Assembly: GCA_014905635.1 (NCBI GenBank)
Contig: JABVCE010000007.1
Span: 992,001-1,056,000, forward strand
Direction: 5' to 3'
From: Scenedesmus sp. PABB004
Lineage: Eukaryota
Length of the DNA stretch: 64,000 bases
Made by a program: the position numbers and the translations under genes. Shown here in pieces: positions 23,277-34,871 of the stretch; positions within the stretch are counted from its first letter, which is position 1, and each line of letters begins with the position of its first letter. The notes below the pieces were generated by a model, which worked only from the letters and a program-made list of their open reading frames with translations, had not been told where the DNA came from and made no database searches.

Positions 23277-26200
23277 ATGGCGCCGCCGCCGGCGGAGCAG
23301 CTGCCGCCGCCGCCCCGCCCGCCCGCGCACGAGCTGGCGCGCGTCGCGGCGCGCTGGCCCGAGCTGCAGACGCCCGCCGCGGCCGCGCTGCTCGCGCGCG
23401 CGGCCCAGCTCGACGCGACGTCCGCGTGGCGCGCGCTCTGCCGCGGCCTGCTCGCGCCGGAGCAGCCGTTCGAGCTGCACGCGCAGCTGTTCGCCGCGGT
23501 GCACGGCGACTGGGACGCCGAGGCGCGCGGCCCGCCGCCGGCGTGGGCGCCCGACGACGCCGCGGCGGCGGCGGCGACCAACGTGGCGGCGTTCATGCGG
23601 CGCTTTGACGCCGACCTCGCGTGGGCGGCGGGGCGCAGCGGCGACCCGCGCGCCGACTGGGCGCTGCTGCAGCGCTGCTCGGCCGACAACCCCGAGGCGG
23701 TCTTTGGCGCGGTGCTCCGCGAGCTGGGGCTCGACGCGGGCCTCGCGGCGCCGCCGCGGCGCGTGCTGGCGCTCGAGTCGGCGGCGGAGCCCGACGCCGC
23801 GCGCTGGCTGCCAGGCGCGGCGCTCAACATCGCCGCGGCAGCGCTCGGCAGCCCGCGCGCGCCCGGGCCGGACGCGCCCGCGGTCGTCTGGGCGCCCGAG
23901 GGCGGCGGCGACGCGCCGCGGAGCGTGTCGTGGGCGGCGCTGCGCGCGCGCTGCGCGCGCGCGGCGGCCGCCGTGGCGGCGCGCTTCGACCCGGGCGACG
24001 CGGTCGCGCTGGCGCTGCCGCTGAGCGTGGAGGCAGTCGTGGCCTACCTGGGCGTCGTGCTGGCGGGGTGGGTGTGCGGGCCCAGGACGTGCTGTGGGGG
24101 AGGGGAAAGGCCGCGCGGCACGGGCGGCGGCGCCACACCCCGCCGCGCGCGCCGCCCCACTGCGCGCTCACCCGGCGGCGCGCCCGCCCCGACCCCCACC
24201 CCCGCCCACGCGCCGCGCCGCGCCGCCCGCAGGTGCGTGGTCGTGAGCATCGCCGACTCATTTGCCGGCGCCGAGGTCGCGGCGCGGCTGCGCATCGCGG
24301 GGGCCAGGGCCATCATCACCCAGGCGCGCCGGGGGGAGCCAACCAACGCCGCCCCGCGCGCCGGACCCGCGCCGCGCCGCCGCTCGCGCGCCGCCGGCGC
24401 TCACGCGCGGCGCGGCGCGACGGTGCGCCGCAGGACGTGGTCGTGCGGGGCGGCAAGTCGCTCCCGCTGTACGCGCGCGTCGTGCCGCCCGGCGCGCCGC
24501 CGGCCATCGTCGTCGCCGCGGCGGCGGCGCCGGGCGCGGGGGCGGCGGCGCGGCGACGGCGCTGCGGCCCGGCGACGAGTGGTGGCCCGACTTCCTCGCC
24601 GCCGCGCCGGCCGAGGGCGCGCCGGGGCTGCTGCGGCCGCTGCCGCACACCGCCGACGCGGCGGCGCCGACCAACATTCTCTTCAGTTCAGGCACCACGG
24701 TGCGCGCGCAGGCGCTGCCGTGCCGCGCCGCCGCCGTGCACGCGTGCCGCGCTGCCCCGCTCCCCCCAGCCGCAGCGCGCGCCAGCGCCGCCGCCGAGCG
24801 TGTGCGCGCGCGTGCGCGCGCGCGCCGCGGCGCAGGGCGAGCCCAAGGCAATCCCGTGGGACCACACCACACCGCTGCGCTGCGCGGTGGACGCCTGGAG
24901 TCTGCAGGACGTGCGGCCGGGGGACGTCGTCGCGTGGCCGACGAGCCTGGGGTGGATGATGGTGCGGGGCGCGCGCGCGCGCGCGCGCGCGCGCGCCGCG
25001 CCCAGGCGGCCGCCCTGCGCCCAGCCCGCCGCGCCCGCCCGCGCGCCCGCGCCGCCCCGGCGCCCAGGGGCCGTGGCTGGTGTATGGCGCGCTGCTCAAC
25101 GGCGCGACGATCGCAATCTACGAGGCGAGCCCGCGCGCACACACGCACCCGCGCGCGCGCACCGTCACGCACCCCCCCCCTGCACGCCCGCGCCCGCCCG
25201 CAAAGACCCGCCGGCCTGCCGCCCGGCCGCCGCCGCCGCCGTGCGGCCCGCCCCGCGCGCAGGGCGCGCCGCTGGGGCGCGACTTTGGCACGTTTGTCTC
25301 GCGCGCGCGCGTGAGCATGCTGGGCCTGGTGCCGAGCATCGCCAAGGCGTGGCGGTCAAGCGGGTGCATGGCGGGGCTCGACTGGGCGGCGCTGCGCTGC
25401 TTCAGCTCCACCGGCGAGGCGAGCGCGGCGGAGGACTCGCTCTGGCTCTCAAGCCGCGTCCCCGGGTACAGACCCGTCATAGAGTGAGCGCGCTTGAGCT
25501 CACTCGAGCGCGCGCGAGCTCACTCGAGCGCGCCTGGCGGCGGGCGGGCGGGCGGGCGCGCCGCGCCTGGCGGCGGGTCGGCAGCGCGCGCCGCGCCGCG
25601 CCGCGCCGCGCCGCCTGGGCGGTCGGCGACCCTTGCGCGGCGGCGCCCGCGCCGCCGCGGCGCAGGTACTGCGGCGGCACCGAGATCGGCGGCGGCTTCC
25701 TCGCCGGCTGCATGCTGCAGCCGCAGGCGCCCGCCGCCTTCAGCACGGCCACGCTCGGCGCGCGGCTCGTGCTGCTCGGCGACGGCGGCAAGCAGCACGC
25801 GGCCGGGTGGCCCGGCCAGCGCCACGCGGTCGGGTGCGCCGCCGCGCGGCGCTGCCGCCGCGCGCACTCTGCCGCCGCCGCCGCCGCCGCTGCCGCCGCC
25901 GCCGCCATCCACGCCGCCGCCGCCGCCCGCGCCGCCCGCCCGCGCCGGCGCAGCGAGCTCGCGCTCGTGCCGCCGATGCTGGGGCTGAGCACGCGGCTGC
26001 TCAACCGCGACCACGGCGCCTCGTACTACGCGGGCATGCCCCGCGACGCGGCGAGCGGCCGGCCGCTGCGGCGCCACGGCGACGAGGTCGAGGCGCTGCC
26101 GGGCGGCGGCTGCCGCGCGCTGGGGCGCGTCGACGACACGATGAACCTCGGCGGCATTAAGACCGCCGCGGTCGAGCTCGAGCGCGCGGTGCTGGCGGGC

Positions 26201-26288
26201 GTGCCACGCGTCGCCGAGGTCGCGGCCGTCGCGGCGCCCGGGCCCGGCGGCGGGCCGGAGCTGCTGACGCTCTTTGTCGTCGCGCCGC

Positions 26289-26319
<31 letters not shown>

Positions 26320-26497
26320 GGGGGACGCGGCCGAGGCGCTGCGCGACGCGTGCCAGGCGGCGCTGCGGAGCCGGCTGAACCCGCTGTTCAAGGTGCAGCG
26401 CGTGGTGGTCGTGGACGCGCTGCCGCGCACCGCGTCGGGCAAGGTCATGCGCCGGCTGCTGCGCGACGAGCTCGCGCCGCGCCGGGCGCGCCTGTGA
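23277..26497 (+). CDS. Acyl-activating enzyme 17/18-like (AMP-binding); multi-exon
   Basis: WLPGAALNIA, VVVSIADSF, NILFSSGTTGEPKAIPWDH, WPTSLGWMMGPWL, YCGGTEIGGGF, GRVDDTMNLGGIK, LPRTASGKVMRRLLRD; ends ARL (PTS1-like). Confidence 0.93.
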
Positions 26498-26727
26498 GCG
26501 CCGGCGGCGCGGCGGTTGTGTGGCCCGGAGCCCCGCGTAACGCTGGCGCCGGGCCGCGGCGTGGGCTGTCGCCCAAGCCCCCCAACAGCCCCACAGCGGC
26601 AGCGCGCACAGCCGGCGCGTGGCCACCGCACCGCACGGGAGCGCGCGAGCGGGCGACGGCAGCGGCCGCGCCGCCACCGCCGCCACCGCCGCCCGGCGCG
26701 CCGCCGGGCCGCGCGCGGCGGCGGGTG

Positions 26728-29700
26728 ATGCAGCGGCCGTGCCATGTGCTGCTTGGGCGGCGTCAGGCGCGGCCCCAGCCCCCGGATCGGGCGCACCGAG
26801 CAGGGCCGAGCGCCGCCGCTGCCCCCGCTGCGCACCGGCCCCGCTGGCGGGCGCCGGGCCAGGTGCGCGGCGTCCGCGGGCGTGATCTCGGCGCGGGGGC
26901 GGCCTCGCGCGCCGCTGGGCAGCGCCTCATCGCCCCCGCCCACGCGGCTTGCTGCTGCCCCGCAGGTGCCGCCCGCGCAGCCCCAGGCCGGCAGCGCCAG
27001 CGAGCAGCAGCCCGGAGCTGCGTGCGGCGCCGGGCGCGACGGGCAGCAGCAGCGCCCGCCGCCGCCGGGCGGGCAGCGGCCGCCGAGCGCCCGCCCGCCG
27101 CCAGCGGCGCAGCCGCCGCAGCTGCCGCCGCCTCTGCCTGCGCCGGCGGGCAGTGCCAGCGGCGGCGGCGGCGGCGGCGCCAGCGGCGGCGGCGGCCGCG
27201 AGGGGCGACAGCAGCCTCGCGTGCTGACGGCCCGCATCGGCGCGTGCCGCACCCTGGGCGAGCTCGAGGCCCTGTGCCGCGGCGCCGAGGGCAGCCTCAA
27301 CCCCGTGCACATCAGCGCGGCGCTGGGCGCCTGCGTGCGGCTCGCGGAGCGGCGGCAGGAGCAGCAGGAGGAGCGGCAGCGTGCGTTCGCGGCGTGGGCG
27401 CTGCGCGAGCTCGCGCCGCAGCAGCACCTGTGCGGCGGCAGGGAGCTGGCCAGCGTGCTGTGGTGCGCGGCCAAGCTGGGGCACCGCCCCGGCCCCGCCG
27501 CGCTGGCACAGCTGCTGTCGTGCTTCGCCGACGTGGCGCCCGCGAGCAGCGACCAGGCGAGCTCCATGGTCCTGGTGTCGCTTGTGCGGCTTGGCCACCA
27601 GCCCGACGCGGCCTGGCTGGACGGGGTGCTGCACGGCGTGCTGGCGCGCGCGGGCGCGCGGCGGCAGCGCAGCGCGGGCCCGCAGGCGGCGTGCAACGCG
27701 CTCTGGGCGCTCGCGCGCCTGCAGCAGCCGCACGTCGCGCGCGTCTGGCTGCTGCCGCTGCTGTCGCTCCTGCGCGGCGCGGCGCAGGACGGGGCGACGC
27801 AAGGCGCGGCGGGGCGGCGGCGCGGCAGCGCCAGGAGCGGCCGCCGGCGGCGGGCGGCGTGTGCCTGCAGGCGGCCGCCAACGTGCTGTGGGCGTGCTCG
27901 ACGGTGCTGTGCGGCCGGACCGCGGAGCGCGCGGACGACGGCGCGCCCCTGCCGCCGCCCAAGCTGCTGGCGGCGGTGCAGCTGCAGGCCGCGTGGCTGC
28001 TGGACGCGTGCCAGCCCGGCCTGGCGCGCGCCGCGCCTGCCGAGGTCGTCATGCTGGTGTGGGCGTGCGGGCGGCTGGCCGTGCAGCCCAGCCAGGCGTG
28101 GTGGGGCGCGTTTTGGGAGGCCTCCGGCGCCCTGACGCCACGGCTGAGCGTGCAGGAGAGCGCGGCGCTGCTGTGCGGCGTCGCGCACCTGCACGCGGCG
28201 CCGCCTGCCGCCTGGGTGGCGCGGCTCGCGGAGCACACGCACCCCCACCTGGAGCGCCTGGGGCACGCGCAGCTCAGCGGCCTGGTGTGGGCGTGCGGCA
28301 CGCTGCGCGTGCGCCCGCCCGTGGCGTGGCTGGCGCGCGTGGTGGGGGAGCTCGTGCCGCAGCTGCCCAGCAGCCGCCCGCTCGACGTGAGCCGGGTGGT
28401 GTGGGGCGCCTCCAAGCTGGGCTGGCAGCCGCCGCGCCCCGCGCTCGAGCGCCTGCTGCAGCGCGCCGGCGAGGCCCTGCCAGAGTACAGGTGGGGGCCC
28501 CACCCCGCTCCGCGCGCGCCTGCCGCGCTGCAGCCCTGCGCGCGCCTGCCTGCCCTCCCCCTGGCGTGCCGCGCTGACGGCGCCGCCCTGCCGCCGCTTG
28601 CAGCCCCCACCAGGTGTCTAAGCTCATGCTGGGCTGCGCGGCGCTGCAGGGCGTGGCGCCAGAGCTGCACGCGCGCATGCTGGAGGCCCTCGGCGCCCAG
28701 CTGCAGACGGCGGCGGCGGCGGACGTTGTCATGGCGCTGCGCGCCCTCGCTGCGCTGACGCGCCGGCGGCAGCAGCGGCAGCAGCAGCAGCAGCAGCAGC
28801 AGCCGCGGCAACGGCATCGGCAGCGGCGGGGGCAGGAGCAGGGGCTGCGGGCGCACGCGCTTTGGTCGCGGGGCGCGATGAGCTCCCCGGCAGCCCCACA
28901 GCGGCTCGTCGCCGCGCCGCTGCGCGAGCCCGCCGGCGCGCTGCTGCGCAGCAGCGCCCTGGCGGAGGCGTGGGGCGCAGCTCGCGGCCCTGTCGCGCTG
29001 TGGCAGGGCGAGCACGGGCAGCCGGGCGCGCCGTGGGCGGGCGCTGCGGCGCCGTGGGGCGGCGCTGCGGCGCAGGCAGCCGACGCGGGCGCGCCCGCCG
29101 ACGTGGTGGAGGCGTGCTTCAGCCGCGCCGAGGCACTGCTACCTGGCATGTCCGGCTCTGAGCTCTGTCAGTGCCTCTGGGCGGCCGCGTGGCTGCGGCC
29201 GGCGGCGCTGCCGCCCGGGTGGTCGGCGGCGCTCAACGCCGCGCTGCCCTGGCAGCTGGACGGCCTGGGCGCGGGTGACCTCTGCCTGCTGCTGTGGGCG
29301 CTGCCGCGCCTGCGCGGCCGCGTGACGGTCAAGCGGCTGCTGCACAAGCAGCTGCTGCTGCGCAGCCAGGCGCTGCTGCGGGCCGGGCGCTTCGCGCCGC
29401 GCGACCTGGCCGCGTTTGTCTGGGGCTACGCCCAGGCGTTTGGCGGCGGCGCGCACGCGGCGCCGCCGCGCGCCTGGGTCGACGCGTTCTGCGCGGCCGC
29501 CGCTGCGCAGGCGGCGCGCCTCTCGCCGCGCGAGCTCGGCGTGCTGCTGCGCGGGCTGGTGCTGCTGGGCGTGGACGCGCGGCCCGCCCTGCTCGACCGC
29601 GCCACGCTGGCGGTGGAGCTGATGTCGGCGCGCCTGGAGCGCGCGGAGCTGGCCATGCTCTCCGCCTCGCTGCTGCGCCTGCAGCAGCGCCGCATCGACG

Positions 29701-29963
29701 CGCAGGCGCAGCGGCAGCGCGGGCGGGTGCGGGAGCAGGAGGAGGAGGAGGGGCGGCCGCCGGACGCGGCGCCGCCCGTGCCGCTGGCCGCGCCGCCGCC
29801 CGTGCCGCTCGACGGCGAGTGGCGGCAGCTGTCGCCGGAGCGCGTCGCCGCGGCGCGCGGCGGCGGCGGCGGCGGGGGCAGTGGGGCGCACGGCGTGGGG
29901 TGGCTGGCCGGCGGCGCAGCTGAGCGCAGCGGTGCCAGCCTGGCTCCGGCTGGCAGGCTCTAG
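26728..29963 (+). CDS. Alpha-solenoid OPR/RAP(Tbc2)-like organellar RNA-binding protein; multi-exon
   Basis: Degenerate repeats ELASVLWCAAKLGHRP, ACNALWALARL, AANVLWACS, LSGLVWACGTLRVRPPVAWL, DVSRVVWGASKLGWQPP; LNPVHISAAL N-terminal motif; TGTAA at ~30006; start codon uncertain. Confidence 0.75.
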
Positions 29964-30740
29964 CAGCCGGGGCGTGTTTCCCGGACCTCGCTGTACATCA
30001 TCAGGTGTAAAACACGCATCAGCGCGTCGGCGTGCACGGCGTCACCGGCCCCGCACGCAGCAGCAGCAGCGGCCGGCGGCGGCGTGGGCGTGCGGGCACG
30101 GCGGCCAGCGCGGCCCCGCGCGGCGCTTCGCGCGCGGACGCCGGAGAACCCCACGGGCGCGGTCCTGGTCTGGCCGGCCGCGGGCGCCCAGCAGAAGCGG
30201 AAGCCGGGCCGGCTAACAGTCAAGCCCGCCAAAACTCGCCCCACGACGCACAGCCCCCCATGGGCCTCCCGCCGGCCAGAACGCCGCTGCTCGGCCGCCA
30301 CTCCTCGGTGCTTGGTTTGAGCAACGCGCAGCAGCGGCGCTGGCTCCCGCCGCTGCGGCCAGTCCAGGTCGATGAGCCATCAATGGCGTCAGGCCGGCTA
30401 CAAGAATGACTTAGGGAGGCTGGGTAGTCCTCCGTTATCCCATGGTGAGGCGCACAGCAGCGCAGAATAGCAGGCTTCGTGCTCGCGGCAACGCCGCTGT
30501 ACGCTGTCGCAGCAACGCCGCTGTACATCACGCTGAGAAGTCGTGGCTGCCATGTTGAGGTGTACATCATCACCGAGTTTGAAGAGTTTGTGCTACTGTG
30601 AGTGGCGCTGGCAGCTGCCAGCATTCGCCGCTGATCAGAGCGCTCACACGCCTCCCACGCAGAGTTGATGTGGACGAACTCTCCTCAGCCCGGTGTGACA
30701 TTACTACGAGATAGCCCGCCAGCTACCAGAGGGACAGCGG

Positions 30741-31971
30741 TGCTGCGGCGGCGCGCGCGGAGCGTTTCTTCCGTGCGTACGGCTTCCTTGTTGACGACGT
30801 GGTCGGCGACACGGAGGCCGGCGCTCTGCCCAGGTTGCGGCTGCTGTATTTGTCTTTCTACCTGGTTAGCGCCCTGCACCGCTGCGGCAGCGCACTCTTG
30901 TTTGGCATGTTTCACTTTTACGCGTCCAGCCGTGCCCAGGTGGGCGCACTGCTGGCACTCCACGTCGGCTTTGTTGCGTACCTACCTGCTGTTGGTGCGG
31001 CCCTATGCGCTGCCCTGGATGCTGGCGTGCGACTTGATTGCGTATTCGTGTGAGATTGCCATTCTTGCTGCAGCGGCGGGCTTGATGCATGCACCAGACA
31101 GTGCAGTACTTCCAAAGTTGCTGATTGCGTGTTACTTCATTGATGTGTTTGTGGTGCTCGTGCCTGAGGGCGTGCGCTGTGTGCTGCTAGCACGGGCGTG
31201 GTGGCTCGCCCGGCGAGCCAAGGCGCCGCTCCCCGCCGGGGACGGTAAGCGCGAGGACGCTGCAGTGGATAGCCATGTTGAGCAGCACGAGCGCTGCCCG
31301 GCGGCAGCCACGGGTGGCCTGCGGCACAGGAGTGAGACCGGCGTGGCTCGCGCGTCTGACGCCCAGCAGAGTGTGGCGGCAGCGGCGGCAGCCTCGGCTG
31401 CTGTGAGACGCACACAACTCGGCCGGCATGATTGATATGTTGCTAGCAAGTCGGTTTGTAACTGTATAAGCATGCTGCAACTCGCACACCGCGAGCTGCG
31501 ACTTGTGGCAAATCAGCCGCAACTCTCGCCCGCGCGCGAGCTGCGCGGCTGGTTGGCGCGGATGGGCTGGGATCGGTGCGGTGCGGGAACGCCCGTTGCT
31601 GCCCAGCAACCTTTGACCGAATTGGTGGCCCTTCGTGCGACAGCTGTGCGCTCGGCTCTGGCTGCACGCTCTCGACCCGCCCAGCAGCTCGCAGTCGCTT
31701 CTCTGATGCGTGCGTGCCGGCACGTGACCCCGCTGGCTTGGCGCCGCCAGCAGCCTGCGCATTGCTGCTGCCAGGCTGGCGCCGCGCGCCTGCCCAGGCC
31801 CGTGCGAGCGAGCAGCTCGCTGTGTCGGAGAGCGAGCGGCAGCGCGATGACGAGGATGTGTTACACTGGCGGCACGCTGGGGCGGCGCCCCGCTGCCAGC
31901 ACCAGCGCCCGCGGCGCGGCGGCGGGCGCGGCGTCAGGCGTGGCGGCCGGTGACCGGGGCTGGCCCAGCAA
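30741..31971 (+). pseudogene. Inverted duplicate of 56749-57983: 3' end of the membrane HRGP gene plus its 3' flank, frameshifted
   Basis: Near-identical to the reverse complement of 56749-57983; 4-bp duplication (GCGTACCTACCTGC) at ~30980 shifts the frame; no 5' part; small deletion in the 3' flank. Confidence 0.92.
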
Positions 31972-31996
31972 CCCGCCCAATCCATGCCGCCCTAGC

Positions 31997-32001
31997 TTAC
32001 A
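31997..32001 (-). terminator. TGTAA poly(A) signal of TRRAP
   Basis: TTACA 20 nt past the TAA stop at 32022. Confidence 0.5.
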
Positions 32002-32021
32002 CACCGCCTCGCACCGCGCCC

Positions 32022-34831
32022 TTAAAACCACGCGTGCCAAGTGGGGTCCATGCGGCAGAGGGTCTTGGGCGAGGTGGCCGCGTCCGCCAGGTCCAGCGCG
32101 CTCTGGTGGATCGGCGCGCGCGGCAGCTCGTCCTCTCCCACGCGCGCGGGAGCAAAGTGCTTGAGCCGCTCCGTGACCTGGGAGGCGTGTGCGCGGGGGC
32201 GGCGGCGGTCGTGAAGGCCGCGCGAGCCTGGCGCACGCGCGCCAGCCCCCGTGCCCCTGCGCGCGCGCCCCGCCGCACCTGGTGCGTGTTCTTGACCACG
32301 AGGCTCTTCAGCGTGTCGCTCGGCAGGTGCAGCCCGCCGGGGCCGCCCTTGCCCTTGCGGCTGGTCCAGGCCAGCAGGTCCTCCCTGAAGAAGGAGCCCA
32401 GCACGGCGCCGAGGTTGGAGCCGCGCCCCAGCAGCGCCGCGGCGGCCGCCACCTGGGCGGGGATGAACACACCCTGGGGGAGGGGGGGGAGGGGGGGGGG
32501 CGTCAGAGGACCAGAGGCGGGCAGGCGACAGGCTGCTGCGCGTGCCCTGCGGCACCACATGCCCCCCCTCGCGAGCGCGCGCGCACGCCGGCGGCGCACC
32601 TCGACGCCAAAGGCTGTGAAGAAGGTCGCCAGGTTGCGCGTGAGGCGGTAGGGCACCACCTCGATGCGCTCCACCAGGCCCTTGTCGTTGTAGAGGGGCA
32701 GCAGGTCCAGCTGGAACACCGCGCCGCTCGCCTTGGCCAGCAGGATCTTGGCCGGCGAGCGGCCGCTCAGCAGCAGCATGTGGCACAGCAGGCCTGGCCG
32801 CCGCGGGCGGGCGGGCGGGCGGGCGGGCGGGCAGGCGGCGGGTGGGCGGTGAGCGGGCGGCGAGCGGGCAGGCGTTCACGGCCGCGGCCGCGCGAGGCGC
32901 AGCCAGCGGCGCGAGGGGGCTGCCGGCGGCGTGCCGTGGCCGGGCCCGCGCGCGGTGCTGACCGCTGAGGGCCATCTGGGCGCAGAAGTGTTTCTTGAAG
33001 AGCCAGAGGTGGTTGCACGTGGGCAGGCTCTTGTACACGTACTGGCTGAAGATGTTCTCGCTCACCACCTTGTCGCAGATCTCGGTGAACGCCGCGAGGC
33101 GCAGGCTGTAGTCCGGGTCCTGCCGCCGCGCCGGGGGCGGGCGGGCGGGGGCAATGGGGCAGGTGCGCATGGGAGGAGGTGGGGGGGGGGGGGGGGGGTG
33201 AGGGGGTGAGGCGCGGCGCGGCGCGGGCGCGCGCGGGCGGCGCGGGCGCGCGCGGGCGGCGCTCGCACGGCCGCACGGCCGTGCAGGCCGCGCACCTGCG
33301 CGTACGTGCCCTCCGGCGTGGCCAGGCGCTTCTTGAAGTGCGCGATGGGCATGTCGGGCTCGCGGCCGAAGCGCGCGCAGTTGATGTCATACGCCTCGCC
33401 GTACGCGCAATACGACGGCTCCTCCTCAAACAGCCGCACCTGCAGCGCGGCGCCGCGCGGGGTCGGTCCTCCGCGCCGCGCCGTGCCGCGCCGCCCCGCC
33501 GCGCCCCGGGCCCACCACGGCGCCCCCGCGTGCGGGCCAGGGCGCGCCCACCTGGGGCCACACTGGCACGATGATGGGCGTGTGCCAGGCGAGCAGCCGG
33601 CGCCGGCTCTCCGGGTGGCGGTCAAGCAGGCGGTTGAGGAGGCGCAGCAGCTGCATCATGCGCTCGTCCGCCTGGCCCTGGCTGCTGTTCTGGCCCGTCT
33701 GCGGCGCGGCGGCGGCACGAAAGGGGGTGGGGAGAGGAGGACAGCCCCAGACGCGCGCGTTTTGTGGCGTGCTGGGTGCCGGCGGCGGCAGCGGCGCGGC
33801 GCGGCGCGGCCTCGAGGCAGGCGTGCACCGGGCAGCGCGGCAGGCCCCCCGCCGCGCGCACCTGGACCAGCATGTGGCGCGTTCGGCCATCGCTGCAGAG
33901 CAGGCTGAGGCGCCTGAAGCTGGCGGCGTTGCGGCGCACGATGGCCACGCGCGAGGCGATGCCCTCCAGGAAGACGCAGCTCTCGGCGGGCACCTCGTGC
34001 CCCGCGAGGTACTGCCCGGGCAGCTCCACCTCGCCCAGCTGCACGTCCTGCAGCGCGCGGCACTCCTCCTCCAGGTGCAGGCAGGACGGCATGGCCGCCT
34101 CGAGCTCGGTCGTGAGCCTGCGGCGGCGCAGCGCGGGCGTGGGCCAGCGCCGCGCCCCTGGCGGAAGGGCCGGCGGCTGGCGGCCGGCGGCCGCAGCGCC
34201 GCACCTGTTGCGCCAGGCCTTGAGCCGCTCTGCCAGCTCCCCCAGCGTCGCGGGGAAGCCCGGCGAGTCGGGGTTGAGGTCGTGCAGGAAGCCCTGGCGC
34301 AGCTCGAGGGGCTGCGGCACGCGGGGCGTCAGCGGTGGCTCCGCGCGCGCTCGACGCGCCCCAGGCAGGCGCAACGTGCCCACCTGCATGTGCCTGGGCG
34401 CGAGCTTGCTGCTGTCGCTGGCAAAGCAGGCGCGGCACACGCCCGCCATCTCCTTCTTGAGGTGGGGAGGCACCAGGCCGTTGTTGGCCAGCGGCAGCTT
34501 GTAGCACCTGCACGGACGGGGCAGCGCGGCCGTGGCGCGCGACGGGCCGCACGCGGCGGTGGCACCCGCCTCCCCCCATCCTCCCTTCCTTAATCGCGCA
34601 GGCAGCCCGCACCTGTGCAGCAGGGCTGTCACCACTGCCAGCAGGCGCTCCATGGGCCGCGGCACAAACTTGGACCCCACCTCGGCCAGGAGCCCCTCCA
34701 GCGTGCTGCCCAGCAGCGGGTGTGCGCTGCGCAGGCGCTCCATGACCTCTTTGCCGCACTCAAACGCGGCAGAGTCGGGCGACGGGCCCAGGCCAGCCAG
34801 CGACGCGCGCGCGGCGCGCACGCCCTCGCCT

Positions 34832-34871
<40 letters not shown>

